64,000 nt of DNA from an uncultured Gammaproteobacteria bacterium (lineage in GTDB: Bacteria; Pseudomonadota; Gammaproteobacteria; Steroidobacterales; MnTg04): assembly GCA_964568075.1 (NCBI GenBank), contig CAZMOM010000015.1:7385-71384 (forward strand). Reading direction: 5' to 3'. Position numbers and translations under genes: made by a program. This document shows positions 55,024 through 62,613 of this stretch, in pieces; the first letter of the stretch is position 1; each line of letters begins with the position of its first letter. The notes beneath the pieces were generated by a model. That model did no database searches. It saw nothing but the letters and a program-made list of their open reading frames with translations, and was not told the DNA's origin.

Positions 55024-56100
55024 TCAGGTCAAACCTTTCTTCCAGTTGTCCAGCGCGCGCGCCTCGTCGCTACGGAAGCGTCCCAGCCGACTCATCAGGT
55101 CATCGAAATCGACCTTGTGGGCATCGAACTCCGGACCATCGACACAAGCGAATTTGATTTCGTCACCCACCGTTACCCGGCAACCACCACACATCCCGGT
55201 ACCATCGACGACGATCGGATTCATGCTGACGATGGTCTCAATCTTATACGGCCGCGTCGTCTCGGCACAGGCCTTCATCATGATCGGTGGACCGATCGCA
55301 ATGACCCGATCGACATCGGCGTGTTTGTTGAGCGCCGCTTCCAGACCCAGCGTCACCCGACCTTCGATACCGGCCGAACCGTCATCGGTACAAATGATGA
55401 GTTCATCGCAGTACCGCTCGAATTTTTCCTGCCAGAAAATCAGCTCTTTGGAGCGAAATCCGACCACACCGATCACATAGGCGCCGCTGTCCTTGAACGC
55501 CCGAAGTTGCGGGAATATCGGGGCAACGCCAAGGCCGCCGCCAACACAGACGACCTTTTTGGTGCCGAGTTCACCGGGATATCCCATCGGACCGACGAGA
55601 GCATGAAAATGTGTACCTGCCTGACAACGCCGCTGCATCTCAAAAGTGGATTTGCCGACCGCCTGGACAACGAGCGTAATCGTGCCCTTGTCGCGATCGA
55701 AATCAGCGATGGTCAGCGGTATGCGTTCCCCACGCTTGTGCAAAATGACGATGACGAACTGGCCGGGTTTCGCCGCTTTGGCGAGTAACGGCGCAGCGAC
55801 TTCGAGGAGAAACGTGATATCCGAGAAATCTTCGCGGGCGACAATTTCGAAGCCGCTGTCGTCGTCCGGCTCTACGGACTCCCGGCATGCCCGGCTACTC
55901 CGCAACTGCTCCCGCGCGTCGGTAATTTTCCGTCGCAATGCGGGCAAGACGGTGTCTCGTGCCACTTTAGCCTCTTCCAAATCCTGAGTGTGCAGCGAGC
56001 GGCGCAGGTCATACCCCAGCGCCCCGCGGAGCGTCCGCGGCACCGCAACCTTCACCCACCAGGTCTGGTCACGCTTGAACAGGTATTTGGCGTCTTCCAT
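55024..56100 (-). CDS. NfnA/SudB-like ferredoxin-NADP reductase subunit carrying an 83-aa foreign N-terminal extension (integrase arm-domain-like)
   Basis: From aa 84 onward it matches the NfnA pattern (..AKPGQFVIVILHKRGERIPLTIADFDRDKGTITLVVQAVGKST.., and a C-terminal ..CGGCRV...FACVDGPEF.. 2Fe-2S site). No start codon exists at the homology boundary. aa 1-62 resemble a tyrosine-integrase N-terminus. Confidence 0.85.
   Translation of the reverse strand: MEDAKYLFKRDQTWWVKVAVPRTLRGALGYDLRRSLHTQDLEEAKVARDTVLPALRRKITDAREQLRSSRACRESVEPDDDSGFEIVAREDFSDITFLLEVAAPLLAKAAKPGQFVIVILHKRGERIPLTIADFDRDKGTITLVVQAVGKSTFEMQRRCQAGTHFHALVGPMGYPGELGTKKVVCVGGGLGVAPIFPQLRAFKDSGAYVIGVVGFRSKELIFWQEKFERYCDELIICTDDGSAGIEGRVTLGLEAALNKHADVDRVIAIGPPIMMKACAETTRPYKIETIVSMNPIVVDGTGMCGGCRVTVGDEIKFACVDGPEFDAHKVDFDDLMSRLGRFRSDEARALDNWKKGLT
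55915..56100 (-). mobile_element. remnant of a tyrosine-integrase 5' end (arm-type DNA-binding / DUF6538-like N-terminus) fused in frame to the nfnA-like gene
   Basis: MEDAKYLFKRDQTWWVKVAVPRTLRGALGYDLRRSLHTQDLEEAKVARD.. follows the pattern [YL]-x-K/R-R-x-x-T-[YW]-[YW]-x-[RK]-[IV]-x-VP-x-x-L-R...G...[IL]-x-x-SL-x-T-x-D-x-x-EA that I recall for integrase N-termini. No integrase catalytic domain follows. Confidence 0.5.
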
Positions 56101-56148
56101 CCGTTCTGGCCTGCCTGCCGGATTTCCGCTGGGCCGTGCCCAAAAACC

Positions 56149-56253
56149 TGTACCTTTTCGTATCGTACGTTGTGTACCTTACGATGCGTACAATCGGGAA
56201 CGGCCTGTTGGTTTCCGATTTTGTACCTTTCCCACCATGACCCAAACTGTACC
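56149..56253 (+). repeat. four same-orientation TGTACC(TT) repeats upstream of the chimeric gene
   Basis: TGTACCTT at 56149, 56173 and 56222; TGTACCGG at 56248. The second copy lies in the loop of a 9-bp hairpin (56159-56167 / 56180-56188). Confidence 0.6.
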
Positions 56254-56554
56254 GGTTGAATATACGCATATTCCGCATGTGCCCAATCGAAGACCGCCCA
56301 GACAGTGGCGCGTCGAAACAAGAGCAAAATGGCGCTCTGGCCCCGAAAGCGGAGATTTGGCGGGCTGTTTTCGACCAGGTCGATCAGGTCTGCTTACGAC
56401 CCTAAACGGACATTCGTCACCAGAAGGCAACAAGCTCTCACGTTACACCCCGCGCTTCGATTTGACGTCGATCGAACTGAGTGTTCTAGTCCTTAATTCG
56501 AGCAAATTTGCTCTTTCGACTCTGGGCCGTCTACTAATCGTAATAACCCTGTGC

Positions 56555-57223
56555 ATGAATCGTCTCGTTTCACTGTCTTCTGTCGCGCTAGTGCTTGCAA
56601 GCGGCGTCGCGGGGGGCCAGGACAATGGAAGCTCAGAATTCAGCGTGTATCAGGTCGACTCCGCGGGCTCTGACATTCGATTGTTGATACATCGAGCTGG
56701 CGTTCTTTCCCGGTTCGGACATAGCCATGTAATCTCGGTCGGACAGCTAGTCGGCACGATCTATGTGCACCCCGACCTCGAGCAGTCACGCTTTGAGTTG
56801 GAAATTCCGGTGCATGGATTGATCGTGGATGACCCACTTCTTAGACGCGAGGAGGGGGACGAATTTTCCACCGAACCATCGAAACATGATATTGCCCGCA
56901 CACGCAGCAACATGCTCGGCAAGCGGGTACTAAAGGCCAAACAGTATCCGATCGTCAAGCTCACTGGGACAGGGCCCAGGGGCGACGCGCCGGAGTTCGT
57001 GCTCGAATTGACCATTGAGCTTCTGGATAATGTCGTCGAATTACGGGTTCCATCTACTGTGCGGCTGGACGGGGATATATTGGAAGCGACGGGCGCCTTT
57101 CGGCTCAGCCATAGTGACCTGGGCATACGGCCATTCAGCGCGATGTTGGGAGCGCTTCGTGTCGCCGATGAAATAGATTTCAAGTATCGCATCCGAGCGC
57201 AACGGATACGGGCGAAGGACTAG
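56555..57223 (+). CDS. YceI-family periplasmic protein
   Basis: ATG at 56555 gives the signal peptide MNRLVSLSSVALVLASGVAGG. YceI-like ..FGHSHVI.. and a beta-barrel pattern follow. The 189 upstream in-frame codons of the ORF-track frame are rejected. Confidence 0.7.
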   Translation: MNRLVSLSSVALVLASGVAGGQDNGSSEFSVYQVDSAGSDIRLLIHRAGVLSRFGHSHVISVGQLVGTIYVHPDLEQSRFELEIPVHGLIVDDPLLRREEGDEFSTEPSKHDIARTRSNMLGKRVLKAKQYPIVKLTGTGPRGDAPEFVLELTIELLDNVVELRVPSTVRLDGDILEATGAFRLSHSDLGIRPFSAMLGALRVADEIDFKYRIRAQRIRAKD

Positions 57224-57507
57224 CGGCGATGATGGTTAATTGCCGAGCGCTCTTTTATTAGCAATCCTTCCTCAATTGGCCCGTCCCTGATGAAGAGCTT
57301 CACTTCCTCATCCCCGAGGAGGTCGTTCACTCTTGATAACTGTCATTTGACGACAGCCTGTGCCTGAAGGGCACCAAAAACTCCGTAAACCTGGGAACGG
57401 CGACCACATGGACCTCCCAGCGCATTATCGCGCTAAAGTCAGGTGTCCACGAAACCGAAACAAGATTAGAAAGCGGACGATGTGGGCTCCGAATGATCGG
57501 CGACGGG

Positions 57508-58815
57508 CTAAAACTCGAGATACCGGGTTGGCCTTTCTCTGAACCATTTGGTGACCACCCACTTTTCACCCTGCTCAACAGGATCGCCGCCATGCAGGCT
57601 GCGGTCGTCCACCTGGCCATTCTCGAGACAATTCCTGAACCACAGGGTGCTGCCAGCCAAGGGCGGTACCGTCAGGTTCAATCTTGGAAAACTGGTACCG
57701 CCTCCCGCCGACGGCGAAGCCAGATAGGTCACAGCGGAGACCGTTCTCTGCCCACCATCCTCCATGAACCCTTGGGATACGGTGAGCTTTGGATCGAAAT
57801 AATCGACGTGAGGCCGATAGCACTCTCCGGGGGCGTAATGCAGAATCGACATCGGCTCGGAAAACATCAGATCCTCACCGGTTTGACGGATAATTTTCAG
57901 CTCAACGCAGCGACCGATGATGTCGACTATCCCAAACGGGAGATAGGTGGACATATTGGTACGAACGTCCGAGACCATACCGCCCCTTTGGCTGTCGGGA
58001 TCGATCACATTTGCGCGCTTTAAAAAGGGGCGTGAGAGAAAGATGAGGTACGCACAATCGACGACATTCAAGACGTCATTGAACAGGGTGATGGCCGGGT
58101 CTGCACTCACAACCTGGTGATCAACCATCGGTGATTCTGGATAGAGTGAAAAGGACGCCCCCAATTCGCTCCTCTCTTCAGGGAGTTGCGGGGGCCGGGC
58201 AGCCTGTACGCCTTGATACGGCACCAGCAGCGTCTCGGCAAACGGATATTGCGCACCGGCGGCGCGCTGCAACCAGTGCACGGCCTCTTGCTCCGCGCCC
58301 TCGCCGCCCCAGCCCTGCAATAGACACCAACCCAGGTTGAAACTCGAAACCGGATCACCGCCCTGAGCGGCTCGCCGAAGGCAGTCAATGGCCATGTTTC
58401 TGCTTGATGCATGCTGCATAGCCAGGTATCCAACGGCCCTGAGCGCGAGAACAAAGTGCGCTTCTGCCGCCATCAGGAGTAAGTCGCTGATGAGACTATT
58501 GTTGGCGGGTCCCCGTTGCGACTTATACAACAGTTCCGCTTTGCGGTAGGCCGCCTGGCTGGAACCTCCTTCGACAGCCCGATCGTAGTGCGCCAGCGCC
58601 GCGACATAATCTTGCGGAATTCCCAGGCCCTTTTCGTAACAATGCCCGAGCGCGTCCAGCGCATCTGGAAGACCTTTGGCGCTCGCCTGCAGCAACCAAT
58701 GGATCATGCCTTCGACGTCTCTGTTCTGAAGGCAGATCTGGCTCAATAGAAACTGCGATTCGAGCTGACCGCCTTCGGCCTTGGCACGTAGTTGTTGGAT
58801 TTGCATCGTAGACAT
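57508..58815 (-). CDS. Sel1-repeat + prolyl 4-hydroxylase-like 2OG-Fe(II) oxygenase
   Basis: N-terminal Sel1/TPR-like repeats (..LGHCYEKGLGIPQDYVAALAHYDRA..). The C-terminal P4Hc has H-x-D (..YRPHVDYF..), a distal His (..SLHGG..) and ..KWVVTKW... Confidence 0.8.
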   Translation of the reverse strand: MSTMQIQQLRAKAEGGQLESQFLLSQICLQNRDVEGMIHWLLQASAKGLPDALDALGHCYEKGLGIPQDYVAALAHYDRAVEGGSSQAAYRKAELLYKSQRGPANNSLISDLLLMAAEAHFVLALRAVGYLAMQHASSRNMAIDCLRRAAQGGDPVSSFNLGWCLLQGWGGEGAEQEAVHWLQRAAGAQYPFAETLLVPYQGVQAARPPQLPEERSELGASFSLYPESPMVDHQVVSADPAITLFNDVLNVVDCAYLIFLSRPFLKRANVIDPDSQRGGMVSDVRTNMSTYLPFGIVDIIGRCVELKIIRQTGEDLMFSEPMSILHYAPGECYRPHVDYFDPKLTVSQGFMEDGGQRTVSAVTYLASPSAGGGTSFPRLNLTVPPLAGSTLWFRNCLENGQVDDRSLHGGDPVEQGEKWVVTKWFRERPTRYLEF

Positions 58816-59040
58816 GAATGGGATTTGCGGACCTCTGGCTGGGATCGCACATCATCCTGCAACCGTAGATTGAAGTCTACGCCATCGATCGATTGGGCAC
58901 TGATGCAACCCGGCTTCGACCCACGGCCAGTACGCCAGGAGTCCACTTTTTGGCCACAAGCAGACGAGCAAATTGATTTAAGCGATCAGCGCCGCATCGC
59001 CGACACGCGGTTTCAATCAGATAGCGTGTTTTTTGTGGCT

Positions 59041-62000
59041 TTAGCCGGCGGGCTGAAATTTCGCAGGTTCCTGCTTGGCCATGTGCTCGTAGGTCTGCCA
59101 GCGTAACTCCACGAGTTCCTGTGCACTCTGCATTAACTTTTCCGCTTCTTCTGGATTGGTTCGCGTCAAAATCTTGTAACGCATCTCGTTGTAAGCGTAT
59201 TCCTTGAGTGGAATGCTCGGGCGTGGCGAATCCAGGACCAGCGGTTTCTTGCCCGCTGCACGCAGCGCCGGGTTGTAACGAATCAGCGGCCAGTAGCCGC
59301 TGGCCGCCGCCAGCTTTTGCTGTCTGAGGCCATCGGCCATGTCATAGCCATGGGCGATGCAGTGGCTGTAGGCGAGAATCAGCGAAGGACCCTGATACTC
59401 CTCCGCCTCACGCATGGCGAGCAGAGTCTGCTGTGAATTTGCCCCCATCGCGACCTGGGCGACATAGACGTTACCATACGAGATCGCCTGCAAGGCCAGA
59501 TCTTTTTTGCCGCTGCGTTTACCGGCGGATGCGAACCGGGCGGATGCGCCCAGCGGAGTCGCCTTGGACATCTGACCGCCCGTATTGGAATACACCTCGG
59601 TATCGAGCACCAGTACGTTGACATTGCGGCCGCCGGCCAATACATGATCCAGTCCACCGGCTCCGATGTCATAAGCCCAGCCGTCACCGCCCACCAGCCA
59701 GATACTGCGGCGGACCAGGTGATCGACGATGGAAAGCAACGCGGCAGCTTTATCGTTATGGTCCTGGTCGCACATTCGACGCAACTGGATTTTGAGGCGT
59801 GCGACTCTTCGCCGCTGGGCTCGAATCTCGCTGCCGACGCGCTGACTGGCGTTGACGAGTTCATCGGCGAACTGCGCACCGATCTGCAGCTCAAGTTCCA
59901 TGACGAGCCGCTTCGCGATTTTCATGTGGTGGTCGGCGGCGATGCGCATACCGAGACCAAACTCGGCGTTGTCCTCGAACAGGGAATTCGACCAGGCTGG
60001 TCCGCTGCCCTCCCTGTTCTTACTCCACGGAGTGGTCGGCAGGTTGCCGCCGAAGATGGACGAACAACCGGTGGCATTGGCGACCAGCAGTCGCGGACCA
60101 AACAGCTGTGACAGAAGCTTTATATAAGGAGTCTCGCCGCAGCCGGCGCAGGCGCTGGAGAATTCGAACAGCGGCTCCAGGAACTGGGCGCCGCGAACCG
60201 AGGAAAAATCCACTTTCGCACGATCGCTGAACTGAAGGCTCTCGAAAAACTCGACATTGGTCTTGCCCTGTTCGAGCAGCGGGGCCTTATCGGTCATATT
60301 GATCGCGCGCACCTGTTCATCGTCGGGACTTCGCACGGGGCAGGCATCGACACAGAGGTTGCAACCGGTACAGTCCTCCGGATACACCTGCAGCGTATAG
60401 CGCGTCTCGGGAAAACCGCGGGCGCTGATCGGCGCGGATTGAAATCCCTGCGGCGCATCATCCAGTACGCTCTCGTGATAAAACTTGGCGCGGATGACGC
60501 TGTGCGGGCAGACGAAGCCGCAATTACCGCACTGTATGCATAGATCTGGCTCCCAGGCAGGTACGCGGTCCGAGACATTGCTCTTCTCCCAGCGTGCTGT
60601 GCCGCTGGGGAAAGTGCCGTCGACCGGCAGCTTGCTGACGGGCAGGTCGTCGCCGTGGCCGCGCATCATTGCTGCCGTGACCTCGCGCACGAACCGGGGC
60701 GCCTCGCTCGGCACAACCTCGTCGAGCGGACGCGTGCTGCTGATGGTGCCGGTGATCTCGACTGCGCACAGATGATCGAGCGCCGCATCAACGGCCGCGA
60801 AGTTCTGATCGATGACGGTTTGACCCTTGGCGCGGTAGGTTTTTTCGATCGATTTCTTGATCTGCCGGATAGCTTCAGCACGCGGCAGCACGTCGGACAG
60901 GGCGAAGAAGCAGGCTTGCATGACCGTGTTGATCCGTTCGCCCATACCGGCTTCCCGCGCGACGCTGGAGGCATCGATAACATGGAACCTGATACCACGA
61001 ATCACGATCGCTTCCTGCACCGGCTGCGGCAGCTTGTCCCAGACCTCGTCCGCTGAATAAGGACTGTTGAGCAGGAATACCGAGCCGGCGGCAGCGTTTC
61101 GCAGCACTTCGATTTTTTCGATCAGGTTAAATTGGTGACAGGCGATGAAGTTCGCCGACTGGATCAGATAGGGCGCGTGGATCTGCTCGGGCCCGAAGCG
61201 CAGATGCGAGACAGTCTGTGAACCTGATTTCTTCGAGTCGAAGACGAAGTAGCCCTGGCAGTAGAGATCCGTATTCTCGCCGATGATCTTGATGCTGTTC
61301 TTGTTGGCGCCGACCGTACCATCGGAACCCAGGCCGAAGAACAACGCCCGGGTGACCTCATCGCTCTCGATCTCGAATTTCGGGTCGTAGTCGAGGCTCG
61401 TGTGGGTAACGTCGTCGTGGATCCCGATCGTGAAATGATTTTTTGGTTGCGGCTTGCCGAGTTCATCGAAAATCGCCTTGACCATGGCCGGCGTGAATTC
61501 CTTCGATGACAAGCCATAGCGACCACCGATTACCTTTGGCATCGACTCCAGGCGGCCGTCGCCCGCCGCTTCGGCCAGTACCGTAACCACGTCCTGGTAT
61601 AGCGGCTCCCCGCTGGCCCCGATTTCCTTGGTTCGATCGAGCACCGCGATCGATCGGGCCGCACCGGGAATAGCCGCCAGCAGGTGCTCGGCCGAGAACG
61701 GGCGATAAAGTCTGACGTTGACCAGGCCCAGCCCCTGTTCCGGTAACGCGTCGATCGTCTGCATCACGGTGTCGGCGCCGGAGCCCATGAGAATGATGAT
61801 GCGCTTCGCCTCCGGGTCGCCGTGGTAGTCGAACAGCCCGTACTGCCGGCCCGTCAGTTCGGCGAAGCGGTCCATCGTCTGTTGCACGATTCGCGGAGTC
61901 ACTGCGTAGAACCGGTTGACGCTCTCACGCGCCTGAAAGTAGACGTCCGGGTTCTGAGCGGTGCCGCGGATGAACGGATTATCGGGGTTCAGCGCACGCT

Positions 62001-62613
62001 TCCGGTGCTCATAGACCAGTTCCGCGTCGATCATCGCGCGTATTTGATCGACCGACAGCAAGTTAATTTTGCTGATCTCGTGCGAGGTTCGGAATCCGTC
62101 GAAGAAATGAATGAACGGAACGCGGGCCTCGAGCGTCGCGGCATGACTGATCAGGGCCAGGTCCTGGGCGGCCTGCACGGATGAAGCCGCGAGCAAACCG
62201 AAACCCGTCGTGCGGGCGGCCATGACATCCTGGTGATCACCGAAGATGGACAAGGCCTGCGCCGCCAGGGACCGCGATGCGACATGGAAAACCGCCGAGG
62301 TCAGTTCCCCCGCGATTTTGTACATATTCGGCAGCATCAGCATCAGGCCCTGTGAGGCCGTGAAGGTCGTGGTTAATGCACCGGTCTGTAACGCCCCGTG
62401 CGCGGTACCTGCGGCGCCACCCTCGCTTTGCATCTGAATGATGTCGGGGACATGACCCCAGATATTCTCCTTACCACTTGCGGACCATACGTCGGCCAGC
62501 TCAGCCATCGGTGAAGAGGGCGTAATAGGATAGATCGAGCAAATCTCACTGACCGAGTAGGCGACCCGCGCGACCGCCTCGTTGGCATCGAGTGTGCGTT
62601 TCTCGGTCATCAC
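59041..62613 (-). CDS. nifJ: pyruvate:ferredoxin (flavodoxin) oxidoreductase, single-polypeptide type
   Basis: 1190 aa. Domain order I-VII with two 4Fe-4S motifs (CIQCGNCGFVCP, CTGCNLCVDACP) and a TPP motif (GGDGWAYDIG...NTGGQ). Confidence 0.95.
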   Translation of the reverse strand: MMTEKRTLDANEAVARVAYSVSEICSIYPITPSSPMAELADVWSASGKENIWGHVPDIIQMQSEGGAAGTAHGALQTGALTTTFTASQGLMLMLPNMYKIAGELTSAVFHVASRSLAAQALSIFGDHQDVMAARTTGFGLLAASSVQAAQDLALISHAATLEARVPFIHFFDGFRTSHEISKINLLSVDQIRAMIDAELVYEHRKRALNPDNPFIRGTAQNPDVYFQARESVNRFYAVTPRIVQQTMDRFAELTGRQYGLFDYHGDPEAKRIIILMGSGADTVMQTIDALPEQGLGLVNVRLYRPFSAEHLLAAIPGAARSIAVLDRTKEIGASGEPLYQDVVTVLAEAAGDGRLESMPKVIGGRYGLSSKEFTPAMVKAIFDELGKPQPKNHFTIGIHDDVTHTSLDYDPKFEIESDEVTRALFFGLGSDGTVGANKNSIKIIGENTDLYCQGYFVFDSKKSGSQTVSHLRFGPEQIHAPYLIQSANFIACHQFNLIEKIEVLRNAAAGSVFLLNSPYSADEVWDKLPQPVQEAIVIRGIRFHVIDASSVAREAGMGERINTVMQACFFALSDVLPRAEAIRQIKKSIEKTYRAKGQTVIDQNFAAVDAALDHLCAVEITGTISSTRPLDEVVPSEAPRFVREVTAAMMRGHGDDLPVSKLPVDGTFPSGTARWEKSNVSDRVPAWEPDLCIQCGNCGFVCPHSVIRAKFYHESVLDDAPQGFQSAPISARGFPETRYTLQVYPEDCTGCNLCVDACPVRSPDDEQVRAINMTDKAPLLEQGKTNVEFFESLQFSDRAKVDFSSVRGAQFLEPLFEFSSACAGCGETPYIKLLSQLFGPRLLVANATGCSSIFGGNLPTTPWSKNREGSGPAWSNSLFEDNAEFGLGMRIAADHHMKIAKRLVMELELQIGAQFADELVNASQRVGSEIRAQRRRVARLKIQLRRMCDQDHNDKAAALLSIVDHLVRRSIWLVGGDGWAYDIGAGGLDHVLAGGRNVNVLVLDTEVYSNTGGQMSKATPLGASARFASAGKRSGKKDLALQAISYGNVYVAQVAMGANSQQTLLAMREAEEYQGPSLILAYSHCIAHGYDMADGLRQQKLAAASGYWPLIRYNPALRAAGKKPLVLDSPRPSIPLKEYAYNEMRYKILTRTNPEEAEKLMQSAQELVELRWQTYEHMAKQEPAKFQPAG

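Noticed and set aside
54346-55788. 480-aa ORF on the plus strand
   Set aside because: It is antisense to the NfnB-like and NfnA-like genes, both of which have strong motif support. It is a high-GC shadow ORF.
55988-56554. Long open frame upstream of the YceI start (the ORF track gives 411 aa)
   Set aside because: The upstream 189 codons overlap the chimeric nfnA-like gene start and non-coding DNA. They look non-protein-like, and a signal peptide begins exactly at the internal ATG at 56555.
56101-56554. tRNA gene or att core next to the integrase stub
   Set aside because: No T-arm-like GGTTCGAATCC (or its complement) and no cloverleaf-compatible segment was seen by eye. A tRNA scan or a comparison with an empty site is needed before calling any att site.
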